DNA of 64,000 nucleotides, taken from the NCBI RefSeq assembly GCF_009914755.1, contig NC_060947.1; one strand, given 5' to 3'. The stretch is from the human T2T-CHM13v2.0 reference genome, Homo sapiens. Under the pieces are notes generated by a model, which searched no databases, was not told the origin of the DNA, and worked only from the letters and a program-made list of their open reading frames with translations. Below, piece by piece: positions 47,049-63,089 of this stretch. Numbering within the stretch: the first letter of the stretch is position 1; each line of letters begins with the position of its first letter. Both the position numbers and the translations under genes were made by a program.

Positions 47049-47214
47049 AAAGAAGAGACACAGCAGATAAACACAGCTGCTCTCGAGGAAAAATTGGTCT
47101 TAGATGGGGAAACAAGTCATCTTATTCATTCTTTAAATTTTGATAACATCAAGGGATAAAAACTAATTTTAAAGAACTATCAAATAAATCCCTTCTAATC
47201 TTAAGTGTTCTGCT

Positions 47215-47520
47215 ACAATCATCCTCAGTATCAGCGGGTCGGGGAGGGGACTTGTTCCAGGACCCCTATGGATACCAAAAGCCATGTGTGGGGGCCAAGG
47301 CCCTTGGATCCCTAAAAGTTTGCTGAAAATCATGGACATGAGGCAGATTGATTAATAGGATAAAAGGCATACAAATGCATTTAATGTGTATACATGGGAG
47401 CCTTCAGAGTGAAGACCCAAAGATACAGGGGAATTGTCCATTTTTATGCCTTGATTCAACAAAGTATGGACAGCCATGTAGAAATAGGATTGGATAAAAA
47501 TGGCCTAATCTAATGTTAAA
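47215..47520. mobile_element. MER2-like 5' stub (47215-47285) followed by an ERV1 MER4-group LTR fragment
   Basis: 'gttccaggacccctatggataccaaaa', then 'aggcagattgattaataggataaaaggcatacaaat...gggagccttcagagtgaagacccaaagatacagggg'. Confidence 0.55.
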
Positions 47521-48796
47521 AACATTAAAGAATTTTTAAAAATACTAAATTTGCAGTGTTGCCTACCTTCCATCATCTCCATGGGAAAAATTACTTAAAT
47601 GAGAAAAAAAGATTATTTCCCAGTAGGACGATTTTGTCACCAATCACAGAGATTCTCTGACAATAATCTGGTTGTCCCTCAAATTAAAATGTGTCAGGAC
47701 TTGACCTCAACACCACAATTAATCACAGCTTATTTTAATGTAATAAATTAGAAATAGGAACACCACAGTATTTATTAATGAAACAAAGTCACAATAAAAA
47801 AAGAGTATGTCAGAAATAGTTTTAAAAAGTCCTTCTATGCTCTTCATAGCTGTGGGCTCATTTTATAGCTGCTTGTTTTTCAACACTTTTTTGGTGTTTT
47901 AGAAACATTTTCATTTACTTCAAAAAGTTCCATGTATTCCATATTCATTTTAATCTCAGGATCTTATACTTCGATAGTCATGATGCAGTAATTTCTTTTT
48001 ACCAAATTAATTTCAGACAAAATAGTCTTGTTCCTTATGACAAGCAATAAAAATTGATTTTTACCTGTGTATTTTAGTGAATCCACTTAAGGTCCTTAAA
48101 TAGCCTCAAGTAGGTTATGTGGGTTGTTCTAACAGACAATGACATTACCTACATCATGGTTTATTTTTACTATCTCTTGCCAACAATTTTAATTATTGGT
48201 GAGATATCACATTAGGTAGTTCATGTAGAATAAAATAGATACAAATTGGGTATTCTTGATTAAATTATAGCTATTCATAAATATAGAGTAAGTCAACTAT
48301 ATTACTTGTATGTTATATTAGATAGTGCTTTCACAATACATATACGTAAAATATAAAGAATGATCACATTCCTGGTTTACTAAAAAACAGCAAGTATGTA
48401 TAAAAATAGCATTTTAATTTTTTTTATGATTTACTAATATACAGAGTAATTGATGATATCGATCTGCTGTGGGTTGAACATGAGTAACATCTCTTTGAAC
48501 TCAGCTGCAACATCTGTGAAAATCTGTATGAGGTTATCTACTGTATAGGGCTGCAATGAGAATGGAATAAAATAATTTAAGAAAAGAGCTTTTCCAGTGT
48601 CTCATAAATATTAAGGGGTAAAGAAATGACATTTATAATACTAAGTGCTATTGTACTTAGTTAATTTTGAACACTGTTACCTCATGCCTTGACTTCTGTG
48701 GGGTTAGGCTTATATACTAAATGGATATCATTTGCTCATATGCTTAACTATATTAATGTACAATCAAATGCTCAACAAACTTTTAAACTTAGAGGA

Positions 48797-49637
<841 letters not shown>

Positions 49638-49713
49638 AAACTTAGAGAATATCCCTAAAACCATGAAGCCACGCATTTTGTATTATCTTTAATATAATGT
49701 TAAAATCATTGCC

Positions 49714-50085
49714 TTTTAACATTTTAGTTCTCATTTTTATGCACAGTAATAATTTAGATTAACCTGTTTTCTTTTGTGCTGGTATACTTGCATATGTAAA
49801 CTGAATATAATATAAATTACATTAAAAAATTGTATACATATAAGTTGTATTCATTTTAACATTATAGTTTTCATTTCTTACATATAGTCATAATTTAGGT
49901 TGATCTGTTTTATTGTGTACTACATTTATATATTATATAATATAAATTTTATGTGTTTCATATATATGAATTTTATAAATTTTAACATTTCATTTTTAAC
50001 CTTATATACATTCATGATTTAGATTGATCTAAATTTTATTTTGTGCTACATTTTTATATATATTAATTGTATATAAGCTATGCAT
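49714..50085 (+). repeat. Degenerate triplication of a 126-140 bp AT-rich unit
   Basis: Units start at 49714, 49854 and 49980: ttttaacatt...tcattt...at(a/g)atttag(a/g)tt(a/g)a(c/t)ct...ttt..ttgtg(c/t).. Confidence 0.75.
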
Positions 50086-50591
50086 ATAGTTTTGTAAAAG
50101 TTTGATTACTTTTTCATTTCATTATATCTTTTATTTCCAGAAGTATTTGATATGCATCAATTTTGACTCATTGAATATGTCTTCTTCATTGTTCATCCTA
50201 AGTTCTTCTTCATTTTTCTCTATTTCTACATATGTTCTACTAATTTTTTTAAACAATGAATATGTCATAAATTTATTCATCTGTGAAAACTTTTATATCC
50301 TAAAATAGGTGTTTGCCACATTTGCACCTGGAACCCTTACCAGATATAACACATGAGGTCACAGATATTATTCCTCAATAGCTATCTTAATATTGTGCCA
50401 TCATTTTCCTGCATTTTGTGTCGCAAAAGGGAAGTTTCAGCTATATTAGGCAACCTGTCCACACCCACACCACTCTTTATACCCTTGTATAATATTTTTC
50501 ATTACAAATGCAGTTTAAAAGCTATGCCTGAGAGTGCTTAGGTGAAGGTGACATCTCCCCTCTGCAAAAGGCAATGATATAATGATAGCTG

Positions 50592-50626
<35 letters not shown>

Positions 50627-51249
50627 GTGATAGCTGAACCTTGGTTAGGGCGAATAAAGCTGAAGATACCTATGAAGGATTCTCCTTTGCAGAATATTGT
50701 AAATGAGTGTGGCTGTGTGTTCCTTCACACACATGCATATACAGAAATGGATGAAAAGAAGACTGGCCATTCTAATATTGAAAATTCCTGTGGAAAGACT
50801 TTTTGTTTCAGGTATAAAATCCATATGAGTGATTTTGGGGCTTGTAAAAATGGTCTGATCATTGACATGTTTTAATCGTTTGCATTAGCAAATAGCATCA
50901 ACATATTGAACCTGAGCTTCTACCACCACCATTTAAGAGGTAATGGCATTAAAAAGAGACACAAGGAATAAATTTTTCTTGGTCTGATGCATAAGAGCTG
51001 TGGGTGGAAAAACATTAGTAAACCTTAATGAAATGGACTAAAGGTCAGCAGACGTGCAGTAATGATAAATATGTCCTTTGTTGAGATGTTGCCTTAGGGT
51101 CAAAATCAATCCTGAAAACTATAAGATCAGGAAAAGCTATTCACAGCACATTTGAATCCAGCCTCCTTACGGAGAAAACAAGTGATTATAATTTTTTTGC
51201 ATTCTAGTTTAGAAGAAGAAAATTGATTATTTCTGTATTTCCCCCTTGT

Positions 51250-51754
51250 GAATATAAGTTATTCTATTATAAAAACACACGCATGTGTGTATGTTCATTG
51301 CAGCACTATTCACAATAACAAGACATGGAATCAACCTACCCATCAATGATAGAGTGGATAAAGAAAATGTGGTACATATACACCATGTAATATTATGCAG
51401 CCATAAAAAAGAATGAGATCATGTGTTTTTCAGGAACATGGATGGAGCTGGAGGCCATTGTCTTTTGCAAATTAATGTAGTAACAGAAAACAAAATAATA
51501 CCATATGTTCTTACTTGTAAGTGGGAGCTAAATAATGATAACACATGGACAACACCTATGTCGAGGGGAACAACACACACTGGGACCTAATGGAGGGTGG
51601 AGGGTGGGAAGAGTGAGAGGATCAAGAAAAATAATTAATGGATACTAGGCTTAATAACTGGGTGATAAAATAATCTGTACAACAAACCCCCCATGACACG
51701 TGTTTACCTATATAAAAACCTGCACATGTATCTCTAAACTTAAAACTTAAAAAA
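51250..51754 (+). mobile_element. 5'-truncated older L1PA (about L1PA13-L1PA16) 3' end
   Basis: Perfect 14-bp TSD tatttcccccttgt at 51236-51249 and 51755-51768. Confidence 0.92.
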
Positions 51755-53684
51755 TATTTCCCCCTTGTTCTAACAACCCAGTAAATAACTCATTTATTGT
51801 AATGACTGATGTTAATAAAACAGCTTCATTCCCTTGAAAGATTCAGACAGACTAAAGGGATGGGAGACAGGCCAGTTGCCCAGAACTTGATCCACAGTAC
51901 CCCATCTTGAGTCTATTTTAATTATAGAAAAATCCAAACACAGCCAATGTTGCATTATTTCAAACTATTTTCTAATAGCAAAATAAGGTGGTGGGAGAGT
52001 ATGATGAATGTTATAATTTAGGCAGGAACATTTTATCATCATGCAGTCATTAATTATTATCACCCAAATCTTTTCTGAACATCTGCCTCCAATTCAGTGC
52101 CCAATTTACAGCTTAAGCCAAGAATTGTATAACCAGAGTGAGCTGCCTGGCTTGGTTTGTACACATAAGCCTTCTGGAAAATATTTTAAAAACTCTTGAA
52201 AGCTTCGGCAAATTTCGTGGGGAAGAGACAGGGGCTACTAAAAACTAAATTTTACATTTTAACCAAAACAAACTTCTTCCACAATCTCATCTGCGGCTGT
52301 GGGTCAAGAGCTTTTATATGGTTTGGCTTGTTTGGGGAAGGGTGAGTTAGACTTGTTTTTTGCCTAAAAATGAGCATACTGTTTTTGTTTCATATCCATA
52401 TTTTTTTTTGTTGTAAGACGAAGAACTTTTGGCTTGTACGTTATGGAAATCTGATCTCTAACGTGGTTCATAAAGGAGGTCTCCTCAATGGTCTAGTAAT
52501 GTATGTCACCGTGAACACATACAGGGATTTATTTGAAAACACCCCTGTTTATTTTTAGATCCTGTATTTGTGGAGCCTGTTTGTATTTTTGGATGGAAGC
52601 ATTGCAAATCGGAGGAGTATTCTATCTACCAGCGTGGCTAAAACACTGATATTCTAAAACCAGGCCGACTGAAGGCATACTTTCTCACAGCATTTTAAAA
52701 GCACACAATTTATAGTGTATACTTTTGAACCTTGGCTAGGGAAAATAAAGTTGAAGATATGTATGAAGGATTCTCTTTTTCAGAATATTATAAATGAGTG
52801 TAAAAGTTACACATTTTATAATGCATTATTTGTTTTAATGTTTTCAAATTCTCTCACATATAGCATCTTGCACTATTATCTCCCACACATGTTGACACAC
52901 GTTGAAGAATTATGACATCCTAGTAGGAAGGAAAGCAATGAGCAAAGATAAACACTCACTTAGCTATCCAGATTTTTATTATCAGTTCTTATGAACAGAC
53001 CATGTTAAAAGATGTCTTCGATGTCTATATATTAATCATTTTCTAAAATGATATATTTCCATATTTGCAATGGAAAACTATTGCAAAGGAATAGAGACAA
53101 TCTGCACTCGCTCTAGTGCCCCATGCTTCCTGTTTCTTCTTTCTTTTCCACTCTCCCCTTTTAAATATATCAGCTCTTGGAAATGTTAATTCTTCATAAT
53201 CAAAAATATTTAAGCACATAGATAATATATGTACTTATAACATTAGAGGTTTTCTAGGTGAGATTTCTAGCTGTTGAGCAAAGTATGATTTTAATCTTTT
53301 TTTTATAAGACAGAGATTGAAATGGTCAATCAGAGTGGAACAAAGTATGTCACAAAGAGATTCTCTTACATCTATGAGATGGTCCAGCTGCAGATACTCT
53401 TCGGAACATCAAAGTTTATGTATTTAGAATGTTCATCATTCCATGTAAGTCTCAAACCTGTTTCAGGAAGATGAACAGGGATCATTTTCAGCTTCAAGAC
53501 TAAAACGTGTGACAGAATATCAATTAATTTCCGTAATTCATCATATTGCCGTGCTATTGTGTTTGCATTATTGATTATACTGTGAAGCCACAGTAGAATG
53601 GTTTCCAGCATTTAATGTGAACTACTGAAAAAACAGAATGCTGTCATTAAGAATGGGTTAAAAATGATCTCCAGGCAACAATAA

Positions 53685-54104
<420 letters not shown>

Positions 54105-54339
54105 AAAAAAAAAAAAAAGATTTACTTTTAAATTACTTCCTAGAATTCTTTAAATTGTGGCCTAGATACCCCAAGAAAAGGAAAGTTTACATATCACCCT
54201 ATAATTTTCAAGCAGTAAATGGACAAAACCATTTTATCTAACCTCTCTCCCAAGGCAGCAACCTATTTCAAAATCCTAGCAAACTCATAATTCTCAGGAC
54301 AACCAATTTCATTCAAAATTGATAGACTTTTTTTTTGGT

Positions 54340-55240
<901 letters not shown>

Positions 55241-56919
55241 GAATTCCACTTTAAGGTAGATAAAATTTGCACTAGATATATTCCCTGGAGCTTGGGTACA
55301 CTTGCCTATCCCTTCTTACGTTGCTCAGCTGCTAAAAAAAATTCCAAGCTCATAAGAATCTTGTGGTTTCCTTTCCTGTGTATGAACATATAAATCTGAA
55401 GCTTACAAAAGAGGCTGCTTTCACCCATCATAATAATGAGTGTTTAATGATGCGTCAATCAACTGTGATTCAAGACCTGAGTAATTTCTCAGTTCTTATG
55501 AGGAGACTGCTGTCCAGCACATTGGAATCTCTTCAGAGAGTGAGAATTATAGTTATGAGGCTTTGAAAAGGAAATCGGTTAGGTATTACTGCCGTCATTG
55601 AATGTTTTACAGATTATCATCGATGTCCTGATTTTTGTCCATGCCTCCAAGAGTAAACTCTTAAAGAGGGACAAAACATAATCTGAATCAATGGAAACCT
55701 ATGATTAGCAATTCTGAATTTTTATGCCAATTTTGGAAATGTCTGCTAGGGAAGAAAATGGAGGTAAGTTAGTGCCGGTAACACGGAAGCGGCTTTCTCA
55801 ATTGCCAGTCTTTGGGAATAGAGAAATACGTAACATAGAGATGGAAATATTTCTGTATTTTCATAAAATAATGGATGAGCTGTCATCATTCACAGCCACA
55901 GGAAAATGTTGGCAGCCCAAGCAGAATAAGTGAGAAAAGAGCATTATACCCAGTCCCTGCTTAATGAAGCTGAGAGATGAAAGCTACTCAATCATAGTAT
56001 TTGACCACCACACCTGGATTCTCTATATTAAAAAGGCATTTATCTAATAATCCATTGCAGGCTATTACCAGAAACCGAGAATGGTGTTACTGATGGAAAG
56101 AAGATGGAAAAGTATCTAAGAAGCAATATTTCCTCACTGTAATAAACCTCAATGAAGGATCGATCTTTCAAGGAAAATTGTTGGTTTTGCATTTTGCATC
56201 GGGCTGTCAAACTCAGTTATAGGCAGGATAATTTAGCCAAATATCCAGCACTCAAAGTTAATGAAGTCAGAATATTTTTCTTTTATCAAGTGATTTTTAC
56301 ACAAAATAATAGCTTGGTGATTGAAAGAAAATTTCATATTACTAAAAATGTGAGAGAATTAATCCGAGAAAAATCCATTACCCAATTTATACCTTACTCT
56401 GGAATGTATCAATATGTCTGATTAAAATAACTAGTTGCAAATGTTAAAATAATTTTGTTCATTTTCTACCACCATGGGGAGGAGATAAGAGATTCTATCA
56501 ACCAAACTAATTCACAATGTCTATAGTTATTATTGGACTATTAAGTGATTCTGAGGAAAATAAGCCCAGAATGTTTTTTACAGCAGCATTCTTCAAGTAA
56601 CAGAAAAATAGAGAGGGAGGTTGTAAAATACAAGGAAGGGTGAAAACTAGACATCTGGAATTAGGCTACCAATTTTGAAAAGTATTTTTGTTTGAGTATC
56701 TCTTGGTTGATGACTACATACATGTTAAACATAGCATTTGGAGGCTGTGTTTGAAACATACGGAAATCTGCAACAATGCACAGAAACAGCTATCACACTG
56801 TCAGGTCTCAGTGAGAATGCTTTTAGTGGCATCAGTTCAAAATATGAAATAGCTATTTCCATTATGCCCATGTTCTCTGTGTAAGACTGTGAACCTTACT
56901 GGACCTTATATATGTTCAC

Positions 56920-57695
56920 ACCACACACACACACATACATATATACACACACACACATAAATACATAATTACTTAATATAACAACACATATCATTACATA
57001 ATATGCTAAATATTATCTAATATAATATTTACATATTACATATGTATTCTTTTATATAAATAAAATATACACATATAAATTTAATTATATATGTATATTA
57101 TATTTATTTATACATAATATTTGTATATAAGTATACATATATAATTCATATACACATTGTAATATATATTTACATTGTAAGTATATAATATAAATATTAT
57201 ATTTATATATTATGTTAATATTATATTATTTATATATTCATATAATATTTATTTTATATAATATTTATATATTTATTTATATAAATAAAATATACATATA
57301 TAAATATAATATAAATATAATATTTCTATATTAATATTATATTTATTATATAAGTATTTCTATATATAATATAATATAATATCTTTATATATAATATAAT
57401 ATAATATAAAATCTTTATATATAATATAATATAATATAAATAAATATAGAAATATATTTATTTATATGTCTGTATTATATTTATACATAATATATATAAG
57501 TATACATATATATTTCTATATATTATATTTATTTATGTACATATATTTTATTTATTTACATATAGTATTTATATATAAGTATACACATGTACATATACAC
57601 ATTATGTTATATGTAATATTTATATTATTGTATTATATGAGTATTTATAATAATATTTATGTGCAAGTATACATATAATACATATGCACATTATA
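56920..57695. repeat. About 770-bp extremely AT-rich, (TA)n-derived low-complexity tract with internal direct duplications
   Basis: Almost all A/T. Repeated blocks such as tctttatatataatataatataatata and aaataaaatatac. Confidence 0.92.
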
Positions 57696-57697
57696 GA

Positions 57698-57800
57698 TGA
57701 CAGGTGTGCCAAAATCTCACAGATCACCACTAAAGAGCTTATGTAACCAAATACCATCTGTTCCCCAATAACCTATGGAAATAAAAAATTTTAAATAAGG
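57698..57800 (+). mobile_element. L1PB-type extreme 3' stub
   Basis: 'ccaaaatctcacagatcaccactaaagagctt...ctgttccccaataacctatggaaataaaaaatt'. Confidence 0.8.
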
Positions 57801-58907
57801 AAATATGTGTTAAAAAACACAATTATGGGAAAATTATTAAGAAAAAGGCTACCCAAATGACATTTAAATATGCCTTAATCCATGTTATCAGTTTTAGAAG
57901 CTGCAGAATATAGACAAGCATGCACTTAAATGGGAATAAAATAATAGTGGGACATGTTAGTGGTCTCTGTCTTGTGTTCATATGGGAATTTTGCGATGTT
58001 CAGTATCAATCAGCCTCCATTACTCAGGGTTCAGAGCTGAGATAATGCCTGTGGCCCCCCTTCATTCAAAGAGATCTTTGACAAAAAAACCACAAAACAA
58101 AAAACAAAAACAAACTAAGATGTGTAAAGACATTCCATAAATTACATCACGACCTGAAAATGGTGCCTATTGGGTTAACAAGACTACTTCATACTGAAGT
58201 TACTGTTTCTTTGTAGAAAGCCCTTTACAAGATGATGTTATGTTGAACTTTTAAATTTTCCTGCTTGTCCCACTAAGACTAGACTCTGACACGAAGTCTT
58301 ATTTTGTATATTTGTTAATTTGGAGCATGAATTGCTGTCTTAAAATGTATTTTCTCAAAAGTATGTGCCCTCATTTCTCATGTTGTTGTCCTGCTATTTG
58401 TTATTTAGCTTTCTCAGATAATCTGTTGACTGGCCTTAACAAATAAGAAAAAAAAATTAAACAGAGTCAGAAAAATTCATAATGCATATAAAGTCACTAC
58501 TTCTTCAACACCCTTTCTTCAATCTGGAACTATTCACTCAGTTGACTTTACCACCATGCACCCAGATTCCTTCATTCTAAGTGTTTCCTCTGCCACTATT
58601 TAATCCATGTTATTCTTAAGACCTGTTTGCAGTTTTCCAAACAGCTTTTTAAAATGAGTCTTACATACATTATTCTTATAAACTCTAATTTTTAACGAGT
58701 ACCAGCTTACCTATTCCTAAATATAGTAAATGTATGTTCATTGTGCATTCAAATATTGAGAGTCCCCAGTTGCTCAGGCTGATAAGGCACTACATGCCAT
58801 GTTGTCATCTCATTCATTCATGCTTTTAGAAGTACAAATTGAGAACATATCAGCTAAGATGTCTGCTCCATGCTGAGAATAGAGACATGAATATAAAAGT
58901 CATAATC

Positions 58908-59202
58908 TTCTTCTTTTTTGAGTCGAAGTCTCACTCCGTCACCCAGGCTGGAGTGCAGTGGCGCAATCTTGGCTCACCGTAATGCCTACCTCCCGGGTTC
59001 AAGTGATTCTCGTGCCTCAGTCTTCCAAGTAGCTGAGATTACAGGCATGCGCCAACATGCTCAGTTAATTTTTTGTATTTTTAGTAGAGATGAGGTTTCA
59101 CCATGTTGGCCAGGCCGGTCTCAAACTCCTCACCTCAGGTGATCTGCCTACCTTGGCCTCCCAAAGTGCTGGGATTACAGGTGTGAGCCACCATACCCAG
59201 CT
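58908..59202 (-). mobile_element. AluSx-like
   Basis: 17-bp TSD tataaaag(t/g)cataatct. Confidence 0.94.
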
Positions 59203-59289
59203 TATAAAAGGCATAATCTCTTTCACTTTTAAACATGAGTCCAGATCAAAATATCTAGAGGTCTTTTTTTGCAACATATGTTAACACGA

Positions 59290-59680
59290 TGCTGTGATTT
59301 GCATGCTTGTGTCCTTCCAAAATTTATCTGTTAAAACTTAATGCCCAAGGTGATGGTATTAAGAAGTGAGATATCTGGAAGGTGATTATTTTGCCCTCAT
59401 GAATGGTATTAGTGCCTTCACAAAAAGGCTAAAGGGACCTAGCTAGACTTTTTCTGCCTTTTCACCTTCTACCATGTGAGGACACAGAATTTCTACGGCA
59501 GGAGGGCACAGCAACAAGGCACCATTTTGGAAGCAGAGAGCAGCCCTCCCCAGACACTGAATCTGCCAGCACCTTGATTTTGGACTTCCCAGCCTCCAGA
59601 ACTGTAAGAAATACATTTCCATTCTTAAAATTTGCTCAGCTTCAGGTATTTTGTTATAGCAGCCCAAATGGACTAAGACA
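59290..59680 (+). mobile_element. MaLR solo LTR (MSTD/MLT1A-like)
   Basis: tg...gactaagaca termini. 5-bp TSD cacga/cacaa. Confidence 0.87.
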
Positions 59681-60187
59681 CACAATTTTAACCTATTTGT
59701 CAAAGAATCCAAATACACAGAATGTATAAAGAAAACTGTGAAAGTCTTCCAGATATATTTCTATGCATCTATAGATATCTGGTTTTGCAATATGATTTCT
59801 TCAATTAATAATCTGTCATCAATGATCTTGTATGTCAGCACATGCAGAGAGATCTTGTTTTCTTTTATGGGATCATAATCTTAAAGGTATATTTTATGCT
59901 GTAATTTGAAATATTGTGCAATTTGGTATGGGAATTGAAATTTCTGTATTGATTGACACTCATATATTTTAATTTAGCTTCTGCATGTTATGTAAAGATG
60001 ACACTGGTTTTACTCACGATGGTAGAGATGATGGATGGAAGATGCAAAGTTCCCAGAACTTAAGGTAGTGAGAGAAACCAGATGTCTGAATAAAAGCCAT
60101 GTTTCTCGTATATAAAACTCCATGATTTTGTTGTCATTTACCTTGAAAGAATCCTAAAAGGAAGAGAACATAAAAAAGAGGGTGTGT

Positions 60188-60708
<521 letters not shown>

Positions 60709-61094
60709 AAAGAGGATGTGGATCAGGAGTCTAATTTCAGACATTCTCTGCAAGAAAAGTCATTAATTGTATGTTCTCAGAAACCAAAGAATTATGACCC
60801 TTGATTCTCTTTACACTAGGCAGAAATAAAATTTAATCTAATCATTTGGTGTGGGATAATAAGGGGAAGGTACCAACAAAAGCCAGAAACACCAAGAATT
60901 CAGGAGGCCAATTGGGGTCTGAAAACCTCTCCTGGTAAGACACCCCCTTTGTGGGGAATCTCTGATTCTCAGGGAACCAGCACTCTCTCACACATTTCTA
61001 CTATAAGAGGATGATTCTTCTTTCTGTTCCATCTTCCTGGCAGTTTCCTCATTTTCTGGTCTCTAGAAATGTAGGTGTTTATTTATTGGGGTAA

Positions 61095-61413
<319 letters not shown>

Positions 61414-61474
61414 TAAATTTAATCACTTTAACCATTTTTAAGGGTACATTTCAGTGGCATGAAGTCCATTCTGG

Positions 61475-62207
61475 TTCTGGATCCAGCAGGCCACTTTTGC
61501 ACTGGCAATGATAAACTTTATTCTCTCAAATTTGCTGGGCTCAACCCCTTATGGGAGGGAGCACGCAGGTGAGTGGGTGCCAGGGCCCGGGTGAGCACTT
61601 TCTGTCCTCATGGCAGCATCTGGGGCTGTGTTACAATTAATTCTCTTTTAGCTTTGCCATCTGTGGATGGCTTAAGTGTTAAACAACTCAATGAAGAGTC
61701 AGTTTGACCGCCTTTTTGGATTCCTGCACTCAGTGCATCCAGAATTCTTGTCTAGGGTCCAGGAAAAATCAGGTCACATGAATGGTTTGAAAGGTGATGA
61801 ATGCAGAGGATTTTATTAAGTGGTGGAAGTGGCTCTCAGCAGAAGGGGAGCTGGAAGTGGGATGGTACAGGAAGAAGGTGATCTTTCCCAGAAGCCCTAC
61901 CATCTCTGTTCGGGCTCCTCTCTGAAGTCATGCTGTTCTGAAGTTAAGCTGCATCTATCCATAGTCTCTGATGCTCAGTTGCTTCTTCTTCTCTTGACAT
62001 TCAGCCACTTATTCCTCTGCCAGCTGAGATCTGGGGTTTATATGGGCACAAGATGCTTGGGTGGCGGGCCAAAAAGGTAACATTTTGGTAGGAAAGCAGG
62101 GATAACTGTTCTCATTTAGGGCGGCAGTTTCCAGGCTTGAGGGTGGGGCCTTTGCCAGGGAGCCGCCCTCTTCTACCCAGTATTTCCCTGCTTCTTGTCC
62201 ATATCAC
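61475..62207 (-). mobile_element. ERV1 LTR (LTR1/MER52-related), opposite orientation to 6371-7153
   Basis: Minus strand begins tgatatggacaagaagcagggaaatactgggtagaagagggcggctccctggc. The left boundary is approximate and I found no clean TSD. Confidence 0.78.
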
Positions 62208-62712
62208 CACCATCACCACCATCCATCTCCAGAACTCTGTTCATCTCGCAAAGCTTTATACCCATTAAACAATAACCTCCTGTTCCCCACTTTGTCCAAC
62301 CTCTGGGGACTATCATTCTACTTTCTGTCTCTATGAATTTGAGCATTCTAGGTACCTCATATTAATGAATATTCCCTTGAATGTATGTACCACAATTTCT
62401 CTAGCCATTCATTAATCAATAGACACATAAGTTGAGTGAACCTTTTGGCTATTGTAAATGATGCTGCAATGAACATGGGTGTGCAAATTCCCACTTCCAA
62501 TTATTTTGGGTCTATACCTGGAAGCAGAGTTTCTGAGTCATATGGTAACTGTATGCTTCTCTTTTGAAGGAACTGTTATACTTTTTGGAATTCAAGGTTT
62601 TAAGAAAGCTTCAGGCAGGGAAGGAAAACTTCATCTTTGGAATTTCTGAGTGAGATTTGTTACCAAAACAACAACAAAATTTTCCTTAATTCTGCCTCAG
62701 GTTAAAGGGTGT

Positions 62713-63089
62713 TGTATTAGTCTGTTTTCACACTGCTATAGAGACATACCGAAGACTGGGTAATTTATAAATAAAAGAGGTCTAATTGACTTGCAGTTCA
62801 CATGGTTAAGGAGGCCTTAGGAAACTTACAATCATGGCAGAAGGGGAAGTAGGCACATCTTACATCGCAGCAGGTGAGCAGGTGAGAGAGAGAGCACATG
62901 TGTCAGTGCAGGAAAAACTATCATTTATAAAACCATCAGATCTTGTGAGAGTTCACACAATATCATGAGAACAGCATGAGGAAAACTGCCTCCATAATCC
63001 AATCACTTCCCACAAGGTCTCTCCTCAAACACCTGAGGATTACAATTCAAGATGAGATTTGGGTGGGGACACAAAGTCTGACCATATCA
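62713..63089 (-). mobile_element. THE1C/D or MSTA-like MaLR solo LTR
   Basis: tgtattagtctgttttcacactgct...accatatca. Perfect TSD ggtgt at 62708-62712 and 63090-63094. Confidence 0.92.

Noticed and set aside
50582-52915. Two ORFs sharing EPWLGxIKLKIxMKDS, suggesting paralogous peptides
   Set aside because: The similarity is confined to a 76-bp DNA duplication, most differences change amino acids, and the flanks are poly-Phe or random. Reported as a DNA duplication instead.
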